DNA from: Balanoglossus misakiensis
Taxonomy: Eukaryota > Animalia > Hemichordata
Assembly: GCA_040954595.2 (NCBI GenBank)
Contig: CM082590.2
Coordinates: 10,876,088-10,940,087, forward strand
Direction: 5' to 3'
DNA length: 64,000 nucleotides
Part shown: one piece after another, positions 40,401 through 55,400 of the stretch
Layout of the letters: each line of letters begins with the position of its first letter
Numbering within the stretch: position 1 is the first letter of the stretch
The notes under the pieces: generated by a model
Told to the model about the DNA's origin: nothing
What the model saw: the letters and a program-made list of their open reading frames with translations, nothing else
The model's database searches: none
Position numbers and translations under genes: made by a program

Positions 40401-43400
40401 CCACTGTTCTATGGAAAAGAGATGTTCGAATTCACCTACAGTATTTGACCAGCCCAATGGCTGCAGTACACATACACATTTCTCAATAAAGAAACTGAAA
40501 ATCAATTACCTTGTACGGTGACTTTGAAAGTACAGGTTCCTTCATTGCCCGCCCCATCTGTGGCAGAGCAGGTGACATCTGTGTCACCGCTGTTGAAGGT
40601 GGATCCCGAAGCAGGGGAACATGTCACTGAAGGTGTTGTTCCTGAATTATCCGTGGCTGATCCACTGTAAGTGACCACTGCAGTTGTGCCACCGTTGTCG
40701 TACTCCACAGTTTGACTGGCTGGACAGGTGACCACTGGGTCTGTGGTATCTGCAGTGACAATTATTATCAGAAATCAAATCAGTATGTGCAATCTCCAGG
40801 ACGATACTGAACATGTTGTTACAAATATAAATTGTTACATATTCACATAACATGAATCCTAAGAAACACACTTACCTTGCACAGTTACATAGAAACTACA
40901 AGTTCCATTGTTTCCTGCAGCATCAGTGGCCGAACACGTTACCATGGAACCTCCACTGACAAACGTGGATCCAGATGGAGGGTCACATGACACTGTCAGC
41001 TGATGTCCAGCATTGTCTCTGGCCGACTCACCAGAGAATGCAACCACGGCTGATGTGGACCCAGCATCATATTCAGCTGTAAGGTTTGATGGGCAGGACA
41101 CCACTGGGTTGATGGTGTCTGAAAGTGGAAGGAAAAAACAGCAACATTTAGACTGACGAATTCACTTTTCAAAAAGCCGCTTATGCAAAATGTTCTATAG
41201 AGATTATAGGATTGTACAACTTCGTCAAAGTATTAAGACTTTGTCTAAAATGGTGAAAAAAAGCATACAAATGGATCTCTGGCATTTAGTGTGAATGTTA
41301 GTTGAAAGGCGTACTGCCTATAATTGGCCATTGTGTCTGTACACAATTTACAGCCATCCCCTTATCTGTGAAACGCAGACCTTATCAGAACCAATGGTAT
41401 GGATGAAATGCCATAACTATACAAATCCTTGTGTTAGTGATACCATACCTTGTACTGTGACAATGAAAGAGCAAGATCCATAATTTCCAGATGTATCTGT
41501 AGCAGAACAAGTCACAACAGTGTCTCCGGCAATGAATGTAGAATTAGCTGGTGGATCACAAGTCACAGACAGCATCTCTCCAGAGTTATCCGATACAGAC
41601 TCGCCGTCAAAATCAACAACTGCAGTCGTATTTCCGAAGTCATATTCCACGATCATATTCGAAGGACAAGTCACAACAGGGTTGGTGGTGTCTAAAAACA
41701 AACAAAATATTAAAGTTCATCAATGCTCTTTCATCACAACCAAACGCTATTTGAACTTTTCCAAAATGGAAATCTACCAAGATATCATAAAATTATTTCA
41801 CCGAACAAAGACAGATGTGTTGGCCTATACTGGAATACAATGCTGCATGCATACTACTACTGTGTTCTTTTGAAATAAGGGTAGACACAAGCTTGGTTTG
41901 TCCTGTGGTGTGTTTTTTTTTTTTTTCACACCTTGTCATGAATTTTGGCTCTTTGCCTTTGTCCATGAAACTGCTATGATTTAACATACCTTGAACTGTT
42001 ACCATGAAAACGCAACTTCCCACATTTCCGGATGCGTCCGTTGCAGAACAGGTGACGTTAGTGTCGCCACTACTGAAAGTTGAACCAGAAGCTGGATCAC
42101 ATGTGACTGCAAGACTGGCCCCTGAATTGTCACTTGCTGATCCACTGAATGTTACCATAGCAGTTGGACCTCCAGTGTCATATTCAACGATCTGATCAGC
42201 TGGGCAAGTGACCACTGGACTAGTTGTGTCTACATAGAGAGTAGATTGATTACATAGGCATAGACTTCGCAATACATGAGATATCTAGCAAATATTCATG
42301 TGTCCTTCTGGCAACTTCTGGTAAATGTCTCCTTCAGACAGACATTACCCCAAAAAATGAAAGAGACTGCAGTTGCTGGAAAAGTTAGCATTAGTGCAAA
42401 CACCATCACAAGTCAAATACCAGCACTATGTATAAAGGTGTCTACCCTAGGAACATATAATTCCCTTTCACATAAGACTAGGGCTATTATTCCTAATAAC
42501 TAGATCCATCTTGCTGTTCACATAATTTACAGATAACATACCTTCCACTGTGACAACAAAGCTACAGGTTCCCACATTTCCAGCCAGATCCGTAGCAGAG
42601 CAAGTCACGATGGTGTCCCCACTGGCGAACGTGGAACTTGATGGTGGATCACACAACGCTGTCAGTTTATGCCCGGAATTGTCTATGGCTGACTCTCCAC
42701 TAAACACAACAACAGCAGTTGTGTTTCCATAGTCGTACTCGGCAGTGACATTTGATGGACAGGTCACCACAGGGTTCATTACGTCTGCAAATTAATCATA
42801 TTTATTGTAGTGAATGAGTACAGTCAAAACTCAGACAGGAATTGATCATTTTTTGCCCTTTACAAGATCTTGTGATTCTACAATTACCGTAGCAACCGGT
42901 AGCTAGCCAATTGGTACAAGTCACGCTTGTGTGGCACTAGAATAGGTGTAGAATTTTTACAAATATTGTAACTTTTTTGCCATTTAACAAGATGGTCCAT
43001 ATGTGTTGTTTGCCATGTTGCAAATCAGGATGTCCTCCCGTATAAACTGTCTAGTCATGAGAGATCTCGCTGGGTCTTGTGAAGTTTGTAAACTGGTCTG
43101 TTAACTGTTAGAAAGACAAACTTATAGGAAATACATTGAGGTGTCTGGGCTCTAGAACACTTACCTTCAACAGTTACAATGAAAGCACATGTTCCAACAT
43201 TTCCAACCGCATCAGTAGCAGAACATGTAACGATCGTCTCTCCACTGCCAAATGTAGAATTTGATAGAGGGTAACAGGCCACGTCTAGTATATAGCCAGA
43301 ATTGTCTATGGCAGATTCACCATTGAAGACCACAAGAGCAGTAGTGTTTCCATACTCATTCTCCACAGTCACATTGGAAGGACATGTCACAACAGGACTG

Positions 43401-46400
43401 ATTGTGTCTATGAAGCAAGAAACAGCAAGGATAATAGTTATTTCAATGTGAGTAACTGATTACAAAATTTGATGGCAAGATTTTAAAAATAAGACTGTAT
43501 GGAAATCATCACAGATATATTCATAGTACAGCAAAGATGGTATGCTTGTCATGTTCATTAGCAACTCAGCAAATTTGTCACATTTGTGGTAGTTAAAATT
43601 ACCTTGAACAGTCACAATAAATCGACACATTCCTTCGTTGCCAGCTTCATCAGTAGCAGAGCAGGTTATGACAGTGTTGCCCCTGTTGAATGTTGAGTTG
43701 GAGGGAGGGTCGCATATCACGGCCAGATCATCTCCAGAGTTGTCAGTTGCGAATTCACCATCGAACAAGACAAAGGAAAGATTTCTTCCATACTCATACT
43801 CAACAGTGATGTTTGATGGACAACTCACCACTGGTTTAATAGTATCTGGAAGGAAATCAATAAAGAAAACCATTGTTTGTTTAAAATGATTTGTGCACAA
43901 ATATTAAAATTGAAATTGGAATGTTTGTGGCTTTTAACACGACATGTTGTTTTTCCCAGTGTCATAAGAATATTCTCTCATATAAATTGCCCAGCCACAC
44001 ACGATCTTGCAGGGTCTTTTCAAGTTTGTAAAACAGTTGCAATATTTGTAGCTATACAGTTAAACCTGTCTAATACGAACCAAGTCTAATCTGGAACCCT
44101 GTCTATACTGAACACATTTCCCACTCCTTTTCATATAGAACCATGTGTTGAAAGAACCTCTATACACCAGACACCTCTGCAAACCCAAGAATTTAGTGTT
44201 CGGTTTACACTGGTTGTATTGTTTTATTGTACCATAATACTTGTGTTTAGTAAGTTTTCTATAATACACAGACCTTGCAGAGTCACTGTGAAAGAACATG
44301 TTCCCAAGTTTCCAGCCATATCAGTACTAGAGCATATCACATTAGTGTTTCCACTGACGAACGTTGAATTCGATGGTGGATCACAGGTCACAACTAGTTG
44401 GTGTCCAGAATTGTCCGAAGCTGATTCACCCCCAAACACTATTACAGCCGTTTTATTTCCGTAATCATATTCAGCAACAACATTTGAAGGACATGTGACA
44501 ACAGGAGCAGTAGTATCTGAAAAGAAACACAATCATATATATATTTTAATTCTATAATTGATAAACTGAAAATAGTCAATCGATCAGTTTCATCCAAACA
44601 ATAGATTCTGTTTGGTTTTTTTTTGCAAATCAATATCCATCTTGTGTTGTACATTGAATTCAGTTCCCAAAACACATTAAATTAATATTGTACAACCACA
44701 CTGTGGGGTTCTGTCTGGTTGATATGACCATCACACATAAACATGAACCTAAGTTTAAAGGTGTCTTATTCAACTAAAGCACAACTACCAATGGTTGAAT
44801 GTCATAAACCGAAGTATAGTATAAGAAAGTCTTGTCAAAATAACTGATACAATCGGTCATGTGACAGGAGGGGAGAAAATCACTGTGAAATGATTCATTC
44901 TCAACACATACCTTCAACAGTCACTGTGAAAGTACAAGTTCCCAAGTTTCCAGCCATATCAGAAGCCGCACATGTCACTGTTGTATCTCCACTGACAAAT
45001 GTTGAATTGGATGGTGGATAACAAATCACTGCCAGATCATGTCCAGAATTATCCATGGCTGTTTCACCATCAAACACAACAACAGCAGTTGTGTTTCCAT
45101 AGTCATACTCAACCGTTACATTAGATGGACATGAAACAACAGGGCTAATCGTATCTGAAAAGAAGAACATATTTTTTTTCATTATAAGCAATATTATAAG
45201 CAATATTTTTGTTGTCACTCACTACAACTGATGTGTTACTTATATACTTCAAAAAAGGTTAACAATTGCATACAACATACCTTGAACAGTTACAATGAAA
45301 CTGCACACTCCAACATTTCCAAATTCATCCACAGATAAACAAACCACTTCAGTATCTCCACTGGCAAATGTGGAGTTTGAAGGCGGGTGACACGACACGG
45401 ACAGATTCTGCCCAGAATTGTCTGCGACTGATTCACCATCAAACATAACGAAGGCAGTTGTATTTCCATAGTCGTATTCAACCGTAACATTTGATGGACA
45501 TATCACCAAAGGATCAATGGTATCTAATGGAAAAAGTAGAAAATACACAAAATACAGAAATCACAAAATACAAGCATCTGTTTGTAAATAATGCATGACT
45601 GAAAAAAAACATTGTTTTACTGTATTTCTACAAAAAGTCTAACAAGCACCAAAGTATGGATTATATAGCCAAATGAAACAAGTACCTCTTATTGACACTG
45701 TGAAACTGCAAGTTCCGTTGTTTCCAGCTATGTCTGAAGCAAAGCAAGTAACATCTGTGTTGCCGATGATAAACGATGAATTGGATGGCGGGTCGCAGGT
45801 CACTGGTAGTTGATGTCCAGCATTGTCTGTGGCTGATTCACCACCAAACACGACAAGCGTGGACGCGTACGTATAGTCATATTCAATAGTAACGTTTGAT
45901 GGACACAATATGGTGGGCCGTATGATATCTGTACAGAAAGACAAATGGCAAACACATTATTAACTGTTTCATAAAGACTCTGTTGTGTAAAGTAAAGATT
46001 ATGCACCTGCTGCAATAACATCTGATTCGTAATTAACTAGAGCCCATACCTTGCACAGTAATTGTAAAGTTACAGGTCCCAATATTGCCAGCTGCATCAA
46101 CAGAAGAACAAGTCACAACATTCTCTCCAATCATGAATGTAGAATTAGACGGTGGATCACAGGTTACTGCAAGGATGTGTCCAGAATTGTCCAGAGCTGA
46201 TTCTCCGCTAAATTCCACAACTGCTGTGGTATTTCCATAATCATTCTCAACTGTCATATCAGCTGGACATGTTACTACTGGATTGGTTTCGTCTGAAACG
46301 GATAAAGTTAAAACTTTGAGCTGATCAACCAATAACAGGTGTTACTATCCAGGAAGAAACAATTACAAAAAGTAATATTCACAGTCACAAAATACGAACC

Positions 46401-49400
46401 TTGTACAGTAATGGTGAAGCTACAGTTTCCAGTGTTTCCAGCCACATCAGTAGCAGAACAAGTCACAACATTCTCTCCACTGAAGAAAACAGAATTGGAG
46501 GGCGGATCACAGGTTACAGCGAGTATTGTTCCAGAATTATCCATTGCTGATTCTCCACTGAACTGAACGATAGCTGATGTGTTTCCATATTCATTCTCCA
46601 CCACGATATCACCAGCTCCATTAAATTCTACCACTGATGTTGTATTTCCGTTCTCATAGTCAACCGTCAAATTATTCGGACATGACAATACTGGCGCTGT
46701 CGTGTCTGTGGAATGAAAGTTATTTTGAAGATTATTCTACAATAATGTCTGTTTTCATGGAAGATCACAGAACTTAACAGAGGAGATTGGAAGTGTCCAA
46801 ATGAAATGCATACAAGGCCTGGAATATGTGGTTTGATGAAATCATTCATCGTTTGAACAACTCTGAGAGTACAAACCTTGAACAATCACAAAAAAGGTAC
46901 ACGTTCCAACATTTTCAGCCACATCCATAGCAGAACACGTCACAACTGTATCTCCACTCTCAAATGTGGAATTTGAAGGCGGATCACAGGTCACTGCGAG
47001 CAGATGTCCGGAATTGTCAGTGGCTGACTCTCCATCAAAGAATACAAAAGCAGTTGTGTTGCCGTAATCATTCTCGCTAGTAATGTTGGCAGGGCATGTC
47101 ACAATGGGCATGGTGGTATCTGCAAAAAAAACAATTATCATCAGCAATGAAGGCAGGTTGTTCTTAGAAGCTTTGAATGGTCTTTAATGTAGTGCAAGAA
47201 GAGATATTTGAAATAGGAGTGGAGAAGCTTCAGAAACGAAATTCACAAACCACCAGTAGAAAACTTCTTCAACATATCTGGCAAACAGGGCTTTTTCCAG
47301 TTGATTGCAAGACTGTTGACGGTCTGTGACAAAAGACTAAATACATCAATTGAATTAGGATTAAAAGTTATTACCTTCAACAGTTACTATGAAAGCACAA
47401 GTTCCCACATTTGCAGCCACATCAGTAGCAGAGCATGTCACTATTGTGTCTCCGCTAACAAACGAAGAATTCGATGGCGGGTCGCACGTCACTGCCAGTT
47501 GGTGTCCAGCATTGTCAATGGCTGACTCTCCACTAAACACAACAACTGCAGTTGTATTGCCGTAGTCGTATTCAACTGTAACATTTGATGGGCAGGATAC
47601 AACAGGGCTTATGGTGTCTGAAAAATAAACATATACAATGCAATTTTTGACATCATTTCTTATACAATGTCCATGACATAAATGTTGGCATCCAGTTCCA
47701 AAATGTCAAAACGCTCATATCAGCTGCTCTTAGATTGGACACAAAAGATACAATCACGTACCTTGGACAGTTACTATGAAACGACATGTTCCTACATTTC
47801 CAGCCATATCTGTGGCATTACAAGTCACAATTGTGTTTCCGTTGGTGAATGTAGAGTTCGATGGTGGATTACACATCACTTCTGGTTGATATCCAGAATT
47901 GTCTACAGCCGACTCGCCATCAAAAAGCACAACTGCAGTTGTATTGCCGTAGTCGTATTCAACAGTTACATTTGTGGGACAAGTCAAGAAGGGATTGGTG
48001 GTATCTGAAATATTACATTTGTAAATAGCCACATCAAGTATTGGACAGTCTAACAAAATGTGGAGAAAATACACAATGCATATGATCATTTGCGAGTAGC
48101 AAATGGTGAAATGTGACACTTGCAAGTGGTGACAAGTATCATTCTAAAGTCATCACTCGCAAAAGATACATTTGACCACAGTTGGCACATGTCACAAAAA
48201 GTATACATACCTTGCACAGTGATTGTAAAATTGCAGCTTCCAATGTTACCACTCTCATCAGTAGAACTACAAGTAACTGCATTGTCTCCACTCACAAATG
48301 TAGAATTTGATGGTGGATTACAAGTAACTAATACACTCTTTCCAGAATTATCTGTTGCCGATTCTCCACTGAATTCAACCACTGCTGTTGTATTGCCATA
48401 GTCATACTCCACTGTCAAACCAGCAGGACAGGATACCATGGGATTTGTTGTGTCTGGAAATAATAATGTGATCAGACATTTGGAATGTAGGCATTCAATG
48501 TGTAAATGTGAAATTGAACATAAGGTAAACAAGGGACTTGATTCAAGTTACATGAATGACCCCAGTTAGGACTAATTCCTACAGTTTTACAACATGCACA
48601 GAAACAAATCAAGGGTACATACCTTGTACAGTAATGGTGAAGCTACAATTTCCAGTGTTTCCTGCCACATCCATAGCAGAACATGTCACTACATTGTCTC
48701 CAATCATGAATGTAGAATTAGATGGTGGATCACAGGTTACTGCAAGGATGTGTCCAGAATTGTCCAGAGCTGATTCTCCGCTAAATTCCACAACTGCTGT
48801 GGTATTTCCATAATCATACTCTGCTGTCAAATCCGCTGGACATGTTACAAGTGGATGAACAGAATCTGGAATAGATTTGAAATAACATCCATATTTATCT
48901 TTACACATAGAGACAAACAATGGCCGAGTACAACAGGACAATCTTATGTTTAATCCATTATATTACATACCTTGGACACTAATTGTAAAGTTACAAGTCC
49001 CAATATTGCCAGCTGCATCAATAGAAGAACAAGTCACAACATTCTCTCCACTCATAAATGTAGAATTAGATAGTGGATCACATGTTACTGACAGAATTGC
49101 TCCAGAATTGTCTGTAACTGATTCTCCGCTAAATTCCACAACTGCTGTGGTATTTCCATAATCATTCTCAACTGTCAAATCAGCTGGACATATAACAACC
49201 GGATCAGATGTGTCTGTAAAAAGTATGACCGTCAAAGTGAGATTAGAGTGGACAAAAATATGTAATCAATTATAGCAGCAATTAAATGAAATCACCTTCT
49301 CACCACAGTGGTGTACTCCAAATCCATTGTTTCTAAGGTGAAGTTCATGTCAAGAGAGAAACAAGGATGAAAGGAGAAATATATTTGTGTATTTCAACCT

Positions 49401-52400
49401 ACCTTGCACTATTACTGTGAAACTACATGTTCCAACATTTCCAGCCATGTCAATAGCTGAACATGTGACAACTGTGGCACCGACTTCAAATGTAGAATTG
49501 GACGGCTGGTCACACGTCACTGCGAGATCATGTCCAGAATTGTCAACAGCAGATTCACCATCAAACAAAACAATAGCTGTTGTATTTCCATATGCATTCT
49601 CTACTGTTATGTTGGCTGGACATGTGACCACAGGGCTGAAAGTGTCTGTGAAAAATGAAACAGTTTGAGACATGAGACTCCATAGAAACTTCTATTTCAA
49701 GAGAATATCAAATGAACAACTTCTATGCAACGTTCTGGGTTCATTATAATAACCTACCTTGGACAGTCACTATGAAACGACATGTTCCCACGTTGCCAGA
49801 CACATCAATTGAAGAACAAGTTACAAGTGTGTTCCCACTCACAAATGTAGAATTCGAAGGCGGATCACAAGACACATTCACTGCATGACCCGAATTGTCT
49901 GTGGCAGACTCGCCAGAAAATACCACAAATGCTGTTGTGTTTCCATAGTCGTACTCAATGGTCACATTCGAGGGACATGTTACATCTGGACCAATTGTAT
50001 CTGGCAAGAAATGCATGTTGTCATTAGGAGCAAGAATGGCACATTGTCAACATGAAGATTCTTGTTACTTCCTTCAAAATAAAACTGATTCCGTCTATTC
50101 AATTCTTGTCCTACCTTGTACAGTGACTGTGAACGTGCAACTTCCTTCATTTCCGGAATCATCAGTTGCCGTACAGGATACTTCCGTCTCACCATCAGGG
50201 AATGTGGATCCGGATGCTGTATCACAAATCACTGCAGGTGTTGTTCCTGAATTATCCGTTGCAGATGCACTGAATGTTACCACAGCTGTTGTGTTACCAT
50301 AGTCATACTCAACTGTCAGATTAGCCGGACATGCGAGGATAGGACTGGTTGTATCTGAGGAGAATGAATTTCTTGTTAGTGACACTAGAATTTCTCTGTA
50401 TTCTTTGGATGGAAATGAAATACATGTAGTTTCCTTTCTACTTGTTGGACACAATGATATATGTCGAACAAAATAATGTATTGCAAGTTTAGAACCAAAA
50501 CTCAAAGAGAAACATACCTTGAACAGTCACTTGGAAACCACATGTTGCAATATTTGCAGCCGCATCCTGAGCGAAGCAAGACACAATTGTGTTCCCCATC
50601 GGAAATGTGGAGTTGGTGGGTGGGGTACAAGATGTGGAAACGACCAGCCCAGAATTGTCCGTGAAAAGTCCTTCAAATACGACAAAGGCAGTTGTATTGC
50701 CATCATCAATTTCAACAACTAGATTGGAGGGACAAGTGGCCACTGGACGGGTTGTATCTGAGAAGAGAAAAGAAACACACTGAGATTTTCAGGCCTAAAC
50801 AACCATTAGGTACAACAACAAATGTTTACAGGAATCCTATGTCACCATCAGATCAACTGTTTGATTGACTGTTTGATTGATTGATTGATTAAAAGACTCT
50901 CTAAAAGTCGTACCTTGTACAGTGACACTGAAAGTGCAATTTGCACCATTTCCCGATGCATCTGTTGCAGAACATGTGACATCTGTATTGCCACTACTGA
51001 AAGTTGAACCAGAAGCTGGATCACATGTGACTGCAAGACTGGCCCCTGAATTGTCACTTGCTGATCCACTGAATGTTACCACAGCAGTTGGACCTCCATT
51101 GTATTCAGCTGTCTGATCAGCTGGGCAAGTGATGACTGGTCTGATGGAATCTGAAAATGAGCAAGGGTGTTACATTCATTTTAAACTTGTACATATCCTG
51201 GTTTCACTGCTTGTATAACATCATCGATCCAACTCTTTCTAATTGAAAGCACCTCCAGAGATCTTTGTAAGACTTAAACTTACCTCCAACAGTCACAGTA
51301 AATGTGCATGTTCCCACATTTCCATCCAGATCGATGGCTGAGCATGTCACTATCGTGTCTCCACTGATGAAAGTAGAATTTGATGGCGGGTCGCACATCA
51401 CTGCCAGTTGCTGTCCTGAATTGTCTATGGCTGATTCACCATCAAACACAACAACAGCAGTCGTGTTTCCGAAATCATATTCCATGGTAATATTTGAAGG
51501 ACATGTCAATGTCGGCCTCGTAAGATCTAAAAAAGTATACAAGTATATAATATTGAAGAGCATCGTCTAAAACAGCATGTCCGTTTCCTACGAGTTCATT
51601 TTGTACTACCAATTAAAAAAGCTGTTATATTGTGTTCAGATGTGACCAAGAATATTCTACCGCAAAACAAGTACACTTAAATTTGTAAAATTGGCAACAA
51701 AGTAGAATAGATACACATACCTTGCACGGTAATTGTAAAGTTACAAGTCCCAATATTGCCAGCTGCATCAATAGCAGAACAAGTCACAACATTCTCTCCA
51801 ATCATGAATGTAGAATTAGATGGTGGATCACAGGTTACTGCAATGATGTGTCCAGTATTGTCCAGAGCTGATTCTCCACTGAACTCCACAACAGCTGTGG
51901 TATTTCCATAACTATTCTCAACTGTCATATCAGCTGGACATGATACTACCGGATTGGTTTCGTCTGAAACGGATAAAGTTAAAACTTTGAGCTGATCAAC
52001 CAATAACAGGTGTTACTATCCAGGAAGAAACAATTACAAAAAGTAATATTCACAGGCACAAAATACGAACCTTGTACAGTAATGGTGAAGCTACAGTTTC
52101 CAGTGTTTCCAGCCACATCAGTAGCAGAACAAGTCACAACATTCTCTCCACTGAAGAAAACAGAATTGGAGGGCGGATCACAGGTTACAGCGAGTATTAC
52201 TCCAGAATTATCCATTGCTGATTCTCCACTGAACTGAACGACAGCTGATGTGTTTCCATATTCATTCTCCACCACGATATCACCAGCTCCATTAAATTCC
52301 ACCACTGATGTTGTATTTCCGTTCTCATACTCAACTGTCAAATTATTCGGACATGACAATACTGGCGCTGTTGTGTCTGTGGAATGAAAGTTATTTTGGA

Positions 52401-55400
52401 AGATATTCTACAATAATGTCTGTTTTCATGGAAGATCACCGAACTTAACAGAGGAGATTGGAAGTGTCCAAATGAAATGCATACAAGGCCTGGAAAATGT
52501 GGTTTGATGAAATCATTCATCGTTTGAACAACTCTGAGAGTACAAACCTTGAACAATCACAAAAAAGGTACACGCTCCAACATTTCCAGCCACATCCGTA
52601 GCAGAACACGTCACAACTGTATCTCCACTGTCAAATGTGGAATTTGAAGACGGATCACAGGTCACTGCGAGCAGATGTCCGGAATTGTCAGTGGCTGACT
52701 CTCCATCAAAGAATACAACAGCAGTTGTGTTGCCGTAATCATTCTCGCTAGTAATGTTGGCAGGGCATGTCACAATGGGCATGGTGGTATCTGCAAAAAA
52801 CAATTATCATCAGCAATGAAGGCAGGTTGTTCTTAGAAGCTTTTGGATGGTCTTTAGTGTAGTGCAAGAAGAGATAGTGAAATAGAAGTGGAGTAGCTTC
52901 AGAAAAGAAATTCACAAACCACCAGTAGAAAACTTCTTCAACATATCTGGCAAACAGGGCTTTTTCCAGTTGATTGCAAGACTGTTGACGGTCTGTGACA
53001 AAAGACTAAATACATCAATTGAATTAGGATTAAAAGTTATTACCTTCAACAGTTACTATGAAAGCACAAGTTCCCACATTTCCAGCCACATCAGTAGCAG
53101 AGCATGTCACTATTGTGTCTCCGCTAACAAACGAAGAATTCGATGGCGGGTCGCACGTCACTGCCAGTTGGTGTCCAGCATTGTCAATGGCTGACTCTCC
53201 ACTAAACACAACAACTGCAGTTGTATTGCCGTAGTCGTATTCAACTGTAACATTTGATGGGCAGGATACAACAGGGCTTATGGTGTCTGAAAAATAAACA
53301 TATACAATGCAATTTTTGAAATCATTTCTTATACAATGTCCATGACATAAATGTTGGCATCCAGTTTCAAAATGTCAAAACGCTCATATCAGCTGCTCTT
53401 AGATTGGACACAAAAGATACAATCACGTACCTTGGACAGTTACTATGAAACGACATGTTCCTACATTTCCAGCCATATCTGTGGCATTACAAGTCACAAT
53501 TGTGTTTCCGTTGGTGAATGTAGAGTTCGATGGTGGATTACACATCACTTCTGGTTGATATCCAGAATTGTCTACAGCCGACTCGCCATCAAAAAGCACA
53601 ACTGCAGTTGTATTGCCGTAGTCGTATTCAACAGTTACATTTGTGGGACAGGTCAAGACGGGGTTGGTGGTATCTGAAATATTACATTTGTAAATAGCCA
53701 CATCAAGAATTGGACAGTCTAACAAAATGTGGAGAAAATACACAATGCAAATGATCATTTGCGAGTAGCAAATGGTGAAATGTGACACTTGCAAGTGGTG
53801 ACAAGTATCATTCTAAAGTCATCACTCGCAAAAGATACATTTGACCACAGTTTGCACATGTCACAAAAAGTATACATACCTTGCACAGTGATTGTAAAAT
53901 TGCAGCTTCCAATGTTACCACTCTCATCAGTAGAACTACAAGTAACTGCATTGTCTCCACTCACAAATGTAGAATTTGATGGTGGATTACAAGTAACTAA
54001 TACACTCTTTCCAGAATTATCTGTTGCCGACTCTCCACTGAATTCAACCACTGCTGTTGTATTGCCATAGTCATACTCCACTGTCAAACCAGCAGGACAG
54101 GTTACCATGGGATTTGTTGTGTCTGGAAATAATAATGTGATCAGACATTTGAAATGTAGGCATTCAATGTGTAAATGTGAAATTGAACAATGTCCATAAG
54201 GTAAACAAGGGACTTGATTCAAGTTACATGAATGACCCCAGTTAGGACTAATTCCTACAGTTTTACAACATGCACAGAAACAAATCAAGGGTACATACCT
54301 TGTACAGTAATTGTGAAGCTACAATTTCCAGTGTTGCCAGCCACATCCGTAGCTGAACATGTCACTACATTGTCCCCATTCACAAAGGTGGAATTAGATG
54401 GTGGATCACAGGTTACTGCAAGGATGTGTCCAGAATTGTCCAGAGCTGATTCTCCACTGAACTCCACAACTGCTGTGGTATTTCCATAATCATTCTCAAC
54501 TGTCAAATCAGCTGGACATATAACAACCGGATCAAATGTGTCTGTAAAAAAATTAACATCAAAGTGTGGTTAGAATGGAAATAATGTAATCAATTACAGC
54601 AGCAATTAAATGAAATCACCTTCTCACCACAGTGGTGTACTCCAAATCCATTGTTTCTAAGGTGAAGTTCATGTCAAGAGAGAAACAAGGATGAAAGGAG
54701 AAATATATTTGTGTATTTCAACCTACCTTGCACTATTACTGTGAAACTACATGTTCCAACATTTCCAGCCATGTCAATAGCTGAACATGTGACAACTGTG
54801 GCACCAACTTCAAATGTAGAATTGGACGGCTGGTCACACGTCACTGCGAGATCATGTCCAGAATTGTCCACAGCAGATTCACCATCAAACAAAACAATAG
54901 CTGTTGTATTTCCATATGCATTCTCTACTGTTATGTTGGCTGGACATGTGACCACAGGGCTGGTGGTGTCTGAAGAAAAGGGACCCGTAAAAATGACATT
55001 GATGCAGTAGCTAGGATGGAATGGAATCATGCATATATACAACTCACACTTAAAAAGGAAAGAAATCAAAACTCTTACAAATAATGTCACAAAGTAGTCA
55101 TCATACCTTTTACATTGACAATAAAACCACACATTCCAACATTTCCAGCCCTATCAGTAGCCCAACATGCAACAATGGTGTCTCCGCTCACAAAAGTAGA
55201 ATTTGATGGCGGGTCGCACATCACAGCCAACTGGTGTCCTGAATTGTCTATGGCTGATTCACCATCAAACACAACAACAGCGGTCGTGTTTCCATAATCA
55301 TACTCAACAGAGATGTTGTTAGGACAAGTCACCACAGGGTTGAAAGTGTCTGTCAAAAACGAAAAAAGTTTGAGATATGAGACTCCATAGAAACTTTTAT

